DNA of 64,000 nucleotides from Candidatus Latescibacterota bacterium. GTDB taxonomy: Bacteria > Latescibacterota > UBA2968 > GCA-2709665. The notes beneath the pieces were generated by a model, which saw nothing but the letters and a program-made list of their open reading frames with translations, was not told where the DNA came from and ran no database searches. The stretch lies in the NCBI GenBank assembly GCA_965203805.1, contig OZ241917.1, forward strand, positions 704,001-768,000, given 5' to 3'. The position numbers were made by a program, and so were the translations under genes. Of this stretch, positions 29,406-38,759 are shown in pieces (position 1 is the first letter of the stretch; each line of letters starts with the position of its first letter).

Positions 29406-30221
29406 GTGGCGAAGGAGCTGACCAACGCCATTGTATCACAAAAAATCGAACTTGCGCCCGAGTTGATCATCCTGCAGGTGAAGGCGGACGGCTGGGATCT
29501 TCCGGAGTTCGAACCCGGGCAGTTCGCGGTTCTCGGCCTTCCGGGCATGGCCCCGAGAAGCGAACAATCCGACCCGGAAGAGGAGACGCCCGATGCGAAC
29601 AGGCTGATCCGTCGGGCGTATTCGATCGCATCCTCTTCCAGGTCGCGCGACCACATGGAATTCTACATCAACGTGGTACGGTCTGGCGCACTGACGCCCA
29701 GGCTGTTCGCCCTGGAACGGGGCGACCGCGTCTGGCTTGGGTCCAAGGTTTCAGGCGCGTTTACGCTGGATAAGGCTCCGCGTACCGCAGACGTCGTGCT
29801 CGTTGCGACCGGAACGGGCCTCGCGCCTTATATGAGCATGATGCGTACCCGCCTGCCGGAAGACAACGGTCGGCGATTTGCGGTATTGCACGGAGCGAGG
29901 CAATCCTGGGATCTCGGATACCGGTCGGAACTCAGTATGATGCAGCAACTCTGCGGTAATCTCACGTATCTGTCACTGATCAGCCGCCCGGCCAACGAGC
30001 CCGTGCCCTGGAGCGGCATGACCGGATACGTGCAGGACCTCTGGGCGGGAGGCTGCCTGGACAGAGCATGGGGAAAACACCCGAATCCTGAAAGTACGCA
30101 GGTTTTCCTGTGCGGAAACCCGAAAATGTGCGAGGATATGCTCGCCCTTCTCGAAGCCGAAGGATTCAGTGAGCATACCCGAAAGACAGCGGGACAGGTG
30201 CATATCGAGCGGTACTGGTAG
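29406..30221 (+). CDS. fpr: Ferredoxin--NADP+ reductase
   Basis: PGQF, RRAYSIAS, GALTPRL, GTGLAP, CGNPKM, terminal ERYW. Confidence 0.9.
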   Translation: MAKELTNAIVSQKIELAPELIILQVKADGWDLPEFEPGQFAVLGLPGMAPRSEQSDPEEETPDANRLIRRAYSIASSSRSRDHMEFYINVVRSGALTPRLFALERGDRVWLGSKVSGAFTLDKAPRTADVVLVATGTGLAPYMSMMRTRLPEDNGRRFAVLHGARQSWDLGYRSELSMMQQLCGNLTYLSLISRPANEPVPWSGMTGYVQDLWAGGCLDRAWGKHPNPESTQVFLCGNPKMCEDMLALLEAEGFSEHTRKTAGQVHIERYW

Positions 30222-30309
30222 CGGAAGGCGGTCGCCTGCATACGGGATCGGGGAAGGACGGCGATCGGATCAACGGTTCCCGCGGAGCGCGCAATGGGCA
30301 GCACAATCC

Positions 30310-31911
30310 ATGATTTACGACGGCATCATTATCGGCGCCGGGCATAACAGCCTGATTCTCCAGGCGTATCTCGGACGTGCGGGGTTACGGGTGCTGTGTA
30401 TCGAGGCGCGGAACGAGGCGGGCGGCGGCCTCACCACGGTACAGGACGCGCGGCATCCCGGCTTTCTGCACAATACCCATTCGTTCTACCACCGGGCGTT
30501 GAACCGGATGCCGTGGTACCGCGACCTGCGCCTCGAACGCCACGGCGCGGTATACCTCGAACCGGCATTGAACGTCGCACTGCTGTTGAAAGACGGCGGG
30601 GCGCTCGAATGGTGGACGGATTTCGAGAAGACGGTTGACTCCTTTGCGCGGTTCAGCAGCACGGACGCGGCGACGTTGAGGCGGTGGCGCGACGCGTTCC
30701 TTCCCATCGTCGAACGGATTCTCGTTCCGGAGTCCCAGGCGCCGCCGCTCGAACCAACCCGGCGGAGGGCGTTGCTGGAGAAAAGCAGGGAGGGCCGGCT
30801 GCTGCTGGAAGTCAGCCGACTGTCGCCCCTCGAGTTCATCCGAAGGGAATTCAGGAATCCGGTGATTCAGGCCGGATTGCTTTTTTTTAACGGGTTGCGT
30901 GAGGTGGACCTTCGCTGCCCGGGATTCGGTCACCATATTGCCGCGCTCCTGGCCAGTTCGGGAAAAGCCCAGATGTGCCGGGGGGGGTCGATCTCTCTTG
31001 CGAGGGCGCTTAAGGCCGCGGTCGCCGAGAGCGGCGGCGAACTGCGCCTTCAAACGGAACCCGGGCGGATTCTTCAGGACGGCGAGCGGGTCGCAGGGGT
31101 TGAAACCGCGGCCGGCGAGCGGTTGGGCGCCCGGTACTTTGTCGCCTCGGGCCTGAACCCGCACCAGACTTTTCTGGACCTCCTGGACGAGAATGCGCTG
31201 CCTGGAAAATGGCGCGACCGCGCGCAGGCGTTCAGGTATAATCTCATCGCCCCGCTGTTTGCCCTGAATCTCAATCTGGATGAGCCGCCGCGCTACAGCG
31301 CCGCCGAAGACCATCCCCATCTGGAAAAGGCGTTCATGGTGATTCTGGGGCTGGACCACGTGGACCGTTACCTGGAGATGGTAGCGTGCCATCGGCGCGG
31401 ACGAAACCCACCCAACATTATGTGGGGCAGTTGCCCCACGCTGTTCGATCCCTCTCAGGCGCCGGCAGGAAAGCATACCGCGTTTATGTGGGAAAAGGCG
31501 CCTTACAGATTGAACGGAGATCCAAAGCGCTGGGACTCGGAGAGAGACCGTCTTGGCGAAGAAATGCTGGACGCGTGGTGCCGGTACGCGCCCAACCTGA
31601 AACAGAACCTGATTTCGCGGTTCACGCGCAGTCCGCTCGACGTGGAACGCACGTTCCCCAACATGCGGGAGGGTGATCTTCTGGTCGGCGCCTTTACGCA
31701 CGGTCAGATCGGCTACAACCGTCCGTTTCCCGGAGCCGGACATTACAGGGCGCACCTTCACGGCCTTTATCTTTGCGGATCGAGCTGCCATCCCGGCGGT
31801 AATATCACCGGTCTTCCGGGATACAACTGCGCACAGGTCATTCTGCGGGACCTCGGCATCGATGCGGACTGGGCGCCCGAGCCGATTGACACCCAGCTGA
31901 AACGGTTATGA
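30310..31911 (+). CDS. FAD-dependent oxidoreductase, phytoene dehydrogenase family
   Basis: YDGIIIGAGHN, GGG, C-terminal GLYLCGSSCHPGGNITGLPGYNCA. Confidence 0.9.
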   Translation: MIYDGIIIGAGHNSLILQAYLGRAGLRVLCIEARNEAGGGLTTVQDARHPGFLHNTHSFYHRALNRMPWYRDLRLERHGAVYLEPALNVALLLKDGGALEWWTDFEKTVDSFARFSSTDAATLRRWRDAFLPIVERILVPESQAPPLEPTRRRALLEKSREGRLLLEVSRLSPLEFIRREFRNPVIQAGLLFFNGLREVDLRCPGFGHHIAALLASSGKAQMCRGGSISLARALKAAVAESGGELRLQTEPGRILQDGERVAGVETAAGERLGARYFVASGLNPHQTFLDLLDENALPGKWRDRAQAFRYNLIAPLFALNLNLDEPPRYSAAEDHPHLEKAFMVILGLDHVDRYLEMVACHRRGRNPPNIMWGSCPTLFDPSQAPAGKHTAFMWEKAPYRLNGDPKRWDSERDRLGEEMLDAWCRYAPNLKQNLISRFTRSPLDVERTFPNMREGDLLVGAFTHGQIGYNRPFPGAGHYRAHLHGLYLCGSSCHPGGNITGLPGYNCAQVILRDLGIDADWAPEPIDTQLKRL

Positions 31912-33026
31912 TTCCACCGACCATTACCTACCTGACCGACGTCTACTTCGGATCCGGCGCCTCGGCCATTCTGCCGGATCTGCTATCCGAGCTCGGGGTT
32001 CGCCGGCCGCTGCTGGTAACGGATCGGGGTCTGTCCGATCTGGGTATCCCGAAACGCATCGGGCTGGGCGAGGCGCCGGTCTACAGCGGCGTCAGGACGA
32101 ATCCCTCGGAACACCAGGTCGTGGAAGCCGCGCATCGGTACCGCGTGGAAAGTTGCGACGGAATGGTCGCCGCCGGGGGCGGATCGTCCATGGACCTCGC
32201 GAAATGCGCCGGTATTCTGATTGGACACGACAAGCCGCTCGCGTCGTACGCAATGCGGGAGGGCGGCGCGGCGCGAATCACGCGCCCGATCCCGCCGGTC
32301 GTCGCCGTTCCGACCACGGCCGGCAGCGGAAGCGAGGTGGGCAGAGCCGCCCTCGTCACCCTTTGTTCAGGTGACAAGGTGGGCTTCCTGAGCCGATTAT
32401 TGACGCCGTCGGCTGCGGTTTGCGACCCGGAACTGACGCTGACGATGCCGCCTCGTTTGACTGCCGGCACCGGGATGGACGCGATATCTCACTGCGTGGA
32501 GACCTTCTGCAGTACGCGGTGCAACCCTGTCGCGGATGCGATTGCACTCGACGGGCTGGAACGCGGCTGCCGCCACATTGGCGCGGTGTTTCGTAACGGG
32601 AGAGACACGGAAGCAAGGAAAGGAATGATGATGTGCGCGCTGCAGGGAGGCCTGGCGTTTCAGAAAGGCCTGGGCGCCGTTCACAGCCTCAGCCATCCAT
32701 TGGGGTCGCTGGACAGATCATTGCACCACGGTACGCTGAACGGGCTGTTTCTTCCTGCAGTGCTGAGATTCAACGCCGATTTTTGCAGGGAAAAATTCAG
32801 CGCGATGGCCCGGCGGCTGCGGCTGGATAGGGGTTCCGATCTGCCGGACTATTTTGAGGCATTGAACCGGCGGTTAGGGATGCCGTCGTCCCTGTCGGAA
32901 TTGGGGGTCACTCCGGAAGAGCTGGAACCGCTCCCGGCGAAGGCGGCGTCGGACCATTGCAGCCCGACAAACCCAAGGCCGCTGGATGAAGCGGCGTGCC
33001 GGGATCTGTACACGTCTGTTCTATAG
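31908..33026 (+). CDS. Iron-containing alcohol dehydrogenase
   Basis: GGGSSMDLAK, PTTAGSGSE, GMDAISHCVE, HSLSH, HG. Confidence 0.93.
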   Translation: MIPPTITYLTDVYFGSGASAILPDLLSELGVRRPLLVTDRGLSDLGIPKRIGLGEAPVYSGVRTNPSEHQVVEAAHRYRVESCDGMVAAGGGSSMDLAKCAGILIGHDKPLASYAMREGGAARITRPIPPVVAVPTTAGSGSEVGRAALVTLCSGDKVGFLSRLLTPSAAVCDPELTLTMPPRLTAGTGMDAISHCVETFCSTRCNPVADAIALDGLERGCRHIGAVFRNGRDTEARKGMMMCALQGGLAFQKGLGAVHSLSHPLGSLDRSLHHGTLNGLFLPAVLRFNADFCREKFSAMARRLRLDRGSDLPDYFEALNRRLGMPSSLSELGVTPEELEPLPAKAASDHCSPTNPRPLDEAACRDLYTSVL

Positions 33027-33057
33027 CGGGATTTTGAGACAGGTTCATTGGGGGCAT

Positions 33058-33912
33058 ATGATGGCAAACGTCACGCAGATGGACGAATCCGGTTTGAAGG
33101 AGGCATTCGATCGTGACGGCTACGTGGTCATGAAAGCGTTTCTGTCGCCGGACGTGATCGAAGGGGTGCGCGGGGAACTGGATGTTCTGGTCGACCGGGA
33201 GGCGGATCGGCTGATGGCCGCCGGAAGAATATCGGACGATTTCAGCGATGCGCCGTTCGAAACCCGTATCGCACGGTTGTTCGAACACTGCATGGACGTG
33301 GCGCCAACGTCGTTCCGCCCCGAATTGCACGGACCCGGGTTATTCGATCTGTTCTTTCATCCGCAACTTCTGGATGTTGTACAATTGCTCCTCGGGCCCG
33401 AGATCAGGCTGTATCCGAATTACACGGCGCGGCCGAAGTTTCCGGAGTGGAAGGGAACGCTGGTTCTGTGGCATCAGGACGGGGGATACACGGCGCAGGC
33501 GGCCGACGGCGTGGCGGCTCTCAGGATGGTGAACGTGTGGGCGCCCCTCGTGCCCGCAAGCGTGAAGAACGGCTGTATGCAATTTGTGCCCGGGACGCAC
33601 AAACTGGGTGTTGTGCCGCACGAAAAGAGGGAGTACTACCTCGAAATCGCGCAGGAGGAGCTGGACCTGCGCCTGGGACAGGCCGTCTCGATCGAAGTGG
33701 ACCCGGGTGACGTGGTCCTGTTCCATAACCTGATGTTTCACTGCGGTCTGCCCAACCGGACCCGTATGGTGCGCTGGAGCATGGACTGGCGGTACCAGGA
33801 CGCGACCCAGCCCACGATGCGGACGCACAGTGGGCACATGGCAAGGAGCGTGAAAGCGCCGGAGAATGTCGTCGCGAACCGGAAGGAATGGGCGGCCCGG
33901 AAATTCCAGTAG
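33058..33912 (+). CDS. Phytanoyl-CoA dioxygenase (PhyH) family Fe/2OG dioxygenase
   Basis: FDRDGYVV, WHQD, NGCMQFVPGTH, GDVVLF..FH (HxD...H triad). Confidence 0.9.
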   Translation: MMANVTQMDESGLKEAFDRDGYVVMKAFLSPDVIEGVRGELDVLVDREADRLMAAGRISDDFSDAPFETRIARLFEHCMDVAPTSFRPELHGPGLFDLFFHPQLLDVVQLLLGPEIRLYPNYTARPKFPEWKGTLVLWHQDGGYTAQAADGVAALRMVNVWAPLVPASVKNGCMQFVPGTHKLGVVPHEKREYYLEIAQEELDLRLGQAVSIEVDPGDVVLFHNLMFHCGLPNRTRMVRWSMDWRYQDATQPTMRTHSGHMARSVKAPENVVANRKEWAARKFQ

Positions 33913-34041
33913 CACGTTCCCCGTAATCCGCCGGCAGGCAGGCGGTTAACCGATCGAAACAAACGAGGGAAAGGACATTGGGCGGACGGCCCGGAACCGG
34001 CGAAGGCCATTCGCCGCACCGGCGCCGGAAACTGCCGGAAG

Positions 34042-34857
34042 CTACAGGCCCCGGATGGCGTCGTATAGAGACAGTACGAAACCGGCGCCGGTGATCAGGA
34101 GGAGGAGCAACGCGACCACGACGGTGAGGCGGCCTTCGCGCCAGCGCGCACTCGAGACCAGGAGTCGCGACGCGATCCATCCGCCGGCGAATCCGCCGAA
34201 GTGCGCCCAGTTGTTGACGCCCCGCATGAGAAGGCCCAAAATGAACAGCATGATTGCCCACTGCCATATCTGACGCGTCATCAGGGCGGCGAAACTGGTC
34301 TTCTGGCTGCGGCCATAGACGATGAGGGCGGCCAGGAGTCCGAAAATGGATCCGGAGGCGCCGAGCGTCGGGTCCCCGGATACGGCGTTGGAAAGGAGAA
34401 AACCAACGACGCCGCCCGTCGTGAAGATGATAAAATAGCGCGCCGGACCGTAGAGATTGCCGACTTCCGGGCCCAGTTGCCGGATCCAGAGCACATTGAA
34501 GAGGATGTGGAACAACCCGCCGTGCAGATAAATGGCCGTGAACAGGGTCCACCACGGGCCGTTGCCGTAGGTCATGCCCAGGGCGACCATTGGAAACGGA
34601 CCGGGCGAGAGCATGTTGAAAAAACCGCCCCTCAGTGCCAGCGCCGCGTCCAGGTCCAGAAGCAGGCTGAGCACATAGAGGACGATACACGCCGTGGGAA
34701 TCAGGGTCAGGACGTCGATTTTCGAACCGAAGAGCCGGCTCAGAGCCGGACCGAGTCCCCACAGACCCGGTCGGTAGGCGCCGCAGTACGGGCATTTCTT
34801 TTCTTCTGTGCTAATGAGGTTGCGGCAGTCCGGACAGACCATCGACGTAGGCGGCAT
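34042..34857 (-). CDS. Rhomboid intramembrane serine protease with N-terminal zinc ribbon
   Basis: CPDC..CPYC, HGGLFHILFN, GASG (catalytic Ser), NWAHFGG (catalytic His). Confidence 0.92.
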   Translation of the reverse strand: MPPTSMVCPDCRNLISTEEKKCPYCGAYRPGLWGLGPALSRLFGSKIDVLTLIPTACIVLYVLSLLLDLDAALALRGGFFNMLSPGPFPMVALGMTYGNGPWWTLFTAIYLHGGLFHILFNVLWIRQLGPEVGNLYGPARYFIIFTTGGVVGFLLSNAVSGDPTLGASGSIFGLLAALIVYGRSQKTSFAALMTRQIWQWAIMLFILGLLMRGVNNWAHFGGFAGGWIASRLLVSSARWREGRLTVVVALLLLLITGAGFVLSLYDAIRGL

Positions 34858-34977
34858 ATTATCCCTCGCCAGGAAAGATCGACTACAATCATATGGTGAG
34901 AACGCGGCGTTGCGTTTCTCAAGACCTTCGCCGCGTTCAGCCGCACCATTCGGAAACCGCCGCGCCGACGGCATCCA

Positions 34978-36159
34978 TCAGGTGTCGCCGGGGGTTGCGC
35001 CGGAACGGCGGGATCCGGTGGGTATATTGAACCCCCAGTGATCGAGAATCTGCGACAACCCCTCCAGAACCCGCTCCATTTCCGATTCCGAGGTGCTGCC
35101 CATCGCGGCTATCCGGATGACCCTATCCCGCATCGGTCCGTACCCCGGCGCGATCTGGACGTTCAGCAGGGTCTTCGCCGCCCGGACGAATTCCGGCGCC
35201 GGGATGGAATCGGGCATCAGGATGGCGGTGACGGTCGGGCTGTAGTATTCGGGTTGCGCAAGCAGATTCAGGCCCTGCTTTTCGGCCCAGTCGCGCTGCA
35301 TTCGCGCAAGGTTCCGATGCCGCTCGAAGCGGGCTTTGCCTTCGTCCAGCATCTCCTCGAGGCGGGCGATCAGGCAGCGTATCATGAGATCGGAAACCGT
35401 CACCGGCGTTTGCGCGGTTTCTGCGCGGGACCGCCACTCGATCAGGTCCAGCACGTACCCGCGTCGCTTCGTGCGGCGTGCGGCCTGGAACGCGCGGTCC
35501 GAGACGATCATCACCGAACCGATGGCGGGTATCGCGAAGTCCTTCTGGAGGCTCCAAAGATAGTAGTCCGGCCGCAATGTGCCAATGTCCAGCTCGACCG
35601 CCCCGGCGATGCTCACCCCGTCGACGGCGATTAACGTCTCCGCCGCGTGCCTCCGCGCGTCCTCGCAGAGGGTATCGACGGGCAGCGCAACCCCCGTCGC
35701 GGTTTCGTTATGTGTCAGCAGCGCAACGGAGTAGCCGCGCCGCATCGCCTCCCGCCACGTATCGGATCCGATTCCGTGCCCCCACGGCGCCTTCAGCACG
35801 TCGACGGTGCGGTCGAGTCGCCTGAACACACCCGCCCAGCGGGCGGAAAATGCGCCTATGTCGAGACCCAGGGCGCGATACGCGGTCGGTGTGTTGACCG
35901 CGACCATCTCCCAGTTGTAGCTGGCGGCGTGTCCGAACACGAGGGGCGTGAATGTATCGGGAACGTGGAATGCTTCGCGCAGAAGATCCACCGCACGGGC
36001 GTATACGGTCTTGAAGTCGGTTGAACGGTGGGAAAACGTCGCCCGGTAGGTTCTGAGGACCCGCTCGACCGCGGGCGTGAGGGCGTGCGGTCCCGGGGTC
36101 CAGAGGGCGGTGTCCGGCAGGCGAAGGCAACTGAATCCGTCGTGCGTATCGGCATTCAT
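34978..36159 (-). CDS. Class V PLP-dependent aminotransferase
   Basis: TPGP, SHRS, HNETATG, VDGVS, SLQK (PLP lysine), IRIAAMG. Confidence 0.9.
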   Translation of the reverse strand: MNADTHDGFSCLRLPDTALWTPGPHALTPAVERVLRTYRATFSHRSTDFKTVYARAVDLLREAFHVPDTFTPLVFGHAASYNWEMVAVNTPTAYRALGLDIGAFSARWAGVFRRLDRTVDVLKAPWGHGIGSDTWREAMRRGYSVALLTHNETATGVALPVDTLCEDARRHAAETLIAVDGVSIAGAVELDIGTLRPDYYLWSLQKDFAIPAIGSVMIVSDRAFQAARRTKRRGYVLDLIEWRSRAETAQTPVTVSDLMIRCLIARLEEMLDEGKARFERHRNLARMQRDWAEKQGLNLLAQPEYYSPTVTAILMPDSIPAPEFVRAAKTLLNVQIAPGYGPMRDRVIRIAAMGSTSESEMERVLEGLSQILDHWGFNIPTGSRRSGATPGDT

Positions 36160-36254
36160 CGGGGCGCCTCGGACACCGAATCTCCAGGGTGGCCGACACA
36201 AAATAGGAGCGCCCGCTAAACGGGCAGGTTTAACGGGCCTTCACGTACAGGAAA

Positions 36255-36329
36255 TGGAGCGGGAAACGGGACTCGAACCCGCGACCCCAACCTTGGCAAG
36301 GTTGTGCTCTACCACTGAGCTATTCCCGC
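36255..36329 (-). tRNA. tRNA-Gly (GCC)
   Basis: GCGGGAATAGCTCAGTGGTAGAGCACAACCTTGCCAAGGTTGGGGTCGCGGGTTCGAGTCCCGTTTCCCGCTCCA. Confidence 0.98.
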
Positions 36330-36361
36330 TCCCAATCATCTGAGATGTCAGACGAAGTGGA

Positions 36362-36390
36362 AAATTAAGCAAAGGACCGCGGGATGTCAA
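36362..36390 (-). promoter_or_regulatory. sigma70 promoter for tRNA-Gly
   Basis: TTGACA-N17-TAATTT. Confidence 0.65.
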
Positions 36391-36671
36391 GGCATAATGC
36401 GTACACGGGGCTCCCGGACCGAACGGCTATCGGCCTCCGAAAGCACGTCCGGTACACAAGCAATGGAATCATCGTCCAGGCGGGCAGAGACATCCAGGTT
36501 TGACGCGTGATGAACACCCGTTTGAGTTGACTTTCGCGATAACGAAGCGCATATTTACGATCCGCCCGGCAGGGGTTCCGGTCCGGGTCGAATGCATGGC
36601 TTGGCGCGTCGCCGGATTCGTGGCGACTGGTACTGCGATTGCCGCGGCTGGTCGGAATGGAGCGAGGTGGA

Positions 36672-38759
36672 ATGGTCGAAGAGCGGTATGTCCTGGCAAT
36701 TGACATCGGCGGCACATTCACGGATCTCGTTCTTCTGGAGCGCCGAAGCGGTCGGCAGGCGGTTGCCAAGGTGCCTACGACCTATCCGGACCCTTCCGAT
36801 GCCGTGCTGAACGGGATAGACTCGGTACTGGATTCCGACGACACGGGGGTTGTTCAACGCGTCATTCACGGAACGACGCTGGTGACCAATACGCTGATCG
36901 AACGCAAGGGTGCGCGAACCGGGCTGGTCACCACGGCCGGATTCCGGGACGCACTGGAAATCGGGAGGGAAGGTCGGTACGACATTTACGATCTTGGGCT
37001 GGAATTGCCCGAACCTCTGGTGGAACGCAGATTGCGATTCGGCGTGCCCGAGCGGATGAACGTCAGGGGAGACGTACTGAAGCCTCTGGATGAGGCGTCT
37101 GTACTCGACGCGTGCAGGTTGTTTCTGGATGAACGCGTCGAGGCGGTTGCCATCTGTTTTCTGCATGCGTACGCCAATCCGGAACACGAGCGGCGGGCGG
37201 CGGGGATTGTCCGGGATGCGATGCCCGAGGCTGCGGTCTCGGTCTCACATCAGGTATCGCCCGAACTGAGGGAATACGACCGGACGTCCACGACCGTTGC
37301 CAACGCTTACGTGCAACCGCTTGCGCGGCTGTACCTTGCGGGATTGTCCACAGGACTGGCGGCAAAAGGAATCGTCGCTCCCCTGCATATCATGTTGTCC
37401 AACGGCGGGGTCTGTTCCGCGGAGACTGCCGCGGCCTTTCCGGTACGTCTCGTGGAGTCCGGTCCGAGCGGCGGCGCCTTGTCCGCCGCCTATTGGGCGC
37501 GCCGTTCCGACCGGCGGGAGGTGCTTGCGTTCGATATGGGCGGGACCACGGCAAAGGCCGTGCTCAGCAGCGAAGGCGGGTTTCCGGTCACAAACGAATC
37601 CGAGGTTGCGCGCGTCTATCGCTTCAAGCGCGGCAGCGGGCTACCGCTCCTCGTGCCGGTGCTGGACATGATCGAGATTGGCGCGGGCGGCGGCAGCATC
37701 GCGCATCTCAACCGGATGGGCCTGCCCGCGGTCGGTCCCGAAAGCGCGGGATCGGTTCCCGGCCCGGCCTGTTACGCGAACGGCGGCGACGACCCCACTG
37801 TCACGGATGCCGATCTGTTACTGGGCAAGCTGGATCCCGGATATTTTCTGGGTGGAGCGATGGCGCTGGACGTGGACCGCGCGCGGCACGCCGTCCAACG
37901 GCTGTCAGTGCGACTCGGCATGGACGTGAATCGGATGGCCTGGGGCATCCACAGAATGGTGAATGAGAATATGGCCAATGCCGCGCGGGTTCACGCGGCC
38001 GAACGGGGAACCGATATCCGGGCCTATACGATGGTGGCCACCGGGGGCGCGGGGCCGGTACACGCGTGCGGCGTCGCCGAACGGCTGGGCATCGCCACCG
38101 TTATCGTGCCGCCCGCCGCTGGCGTGAGTTCTGCGTTCGGTCTGATGCTGGCTCCGATTTCATTCGACTTTGCAAGGAGTTACGTCTCGCGGCTCGGCGC
38201 GCTGGATTTCGAACGGCTGAACGGCCTGTTCGAAGAGATGGAAAACGAAGGCAAGGGCGTCTTGCGAGAGGCCGGCGTGGCCCCCTTTGAGATGCGAATT
38301 GAACGCACTGCCGACATGCGTTACGTGGGACAGGGCCACGAAATCCGAATCCCGATTCCGCCCGGCAGACTGGATTCCGATCGGCTGGACGAGATACGCG
38401 CGGGTTTCGAAACGGAATACACACGCAAATTTACACGCACCTGCGAAGGCGTTGAAATCGAGTCCGTCCACTGGCGGGTCCGGATGTCTGCGCCGGAACC
38501 CGATCCGGGCGACGTTGAGACCGGCTCCGTGGCGGCCGGTGACGCGAAAAAAGCCGTTCGCGGCGTTTTGTTCAACGCGGAGCAGGCGCCGGAAGAGACG
38601 CCGGTATTCGACCGGTACCGGCTCGCGGCCGGCTTCTGCGCGGCGGGTCCCGCAATCGTGGAAGAAGCCGAGTCGACGGCCGTCGTACCTCGCGGCTGGG
38701 TGATGAGCGTGGAAGCTTGCGGCAACTTGCTTCTTACGCGCCGGGAGGGTTCGCGATGA
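36672..38759 (+). CDS. Hydantoinase A/oxoprolinase family subunit (second paralog)
   Basis: IDIGGTFTD, HGTTLVTN, EYDRTSTTVANAY, ESGPSGG, DMGGTT, GAGGGSIA, GPESAG, GGAGP. Confidence 0.94.
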   Translation: MVEERYVLAIDIGGTFTDLVLLERRSGRQAVAKVPTTYPDPSDAVLNGIDSVLDSDDTGVVQRVIHGTTLVTNTLIERKGARTGLVTTAGFRDALEIGREGRYDIYDLGLELPEPLVERRLRFGVPERMNVRGDVLKPLDEASVLDACRLFLDERVEAVAICFLHAYANPEHERRAAGIVRDAMPEAAVSVSHQVSPELREYDRTSTTVANAYVQPLARLYLAGLSTGLAAKGIVAPLHIMLSNGGVCSAETAAAFPVRLVESGPSGGALSAAYWARRSDRREVLAFDMGGTTAKAVLSSEGGFPVTNESEVARVYRFKRGSGLPLLVPVLDMIEIGAGGGSIAHLNRMGLPAVGPESAGSVPGPACYANGGDDPTVTDADLLLGKLDPGYFLGGAMALDVDRARHAVQRLSVRLGMDVNRMAWGIHRMVNENMANAARVHAAERGTDIRAYTMVATGGAGPVHACGVAERLGIATVIVPPAAGVSSAFGLMLAPISFDFARSYVSRLGALDFERLNGLFEEMENEGKGVLREAGVAPFEMRIERTADMRYVGQGHEIRIPIPPGRLDSDRLDEIRAGFETEYTRKFTRTCEGVEIESVHWRVRMSAPEPDPGDVETGSVAAGDAKKAVRGVLFNAEQAPEETPVFDRYRLAAGFCAAGPAIVEEAESTAVVPRGWVMSVEACGNLLLTRREGSR

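Noticed and set aside
36160-36254. GCCCG-rich inverted repeats downstream of tRNA-Gly as an att site or REP
   Set aside because: Best explained as a weak terminator or processing hairpin; no second copy or integrase seen
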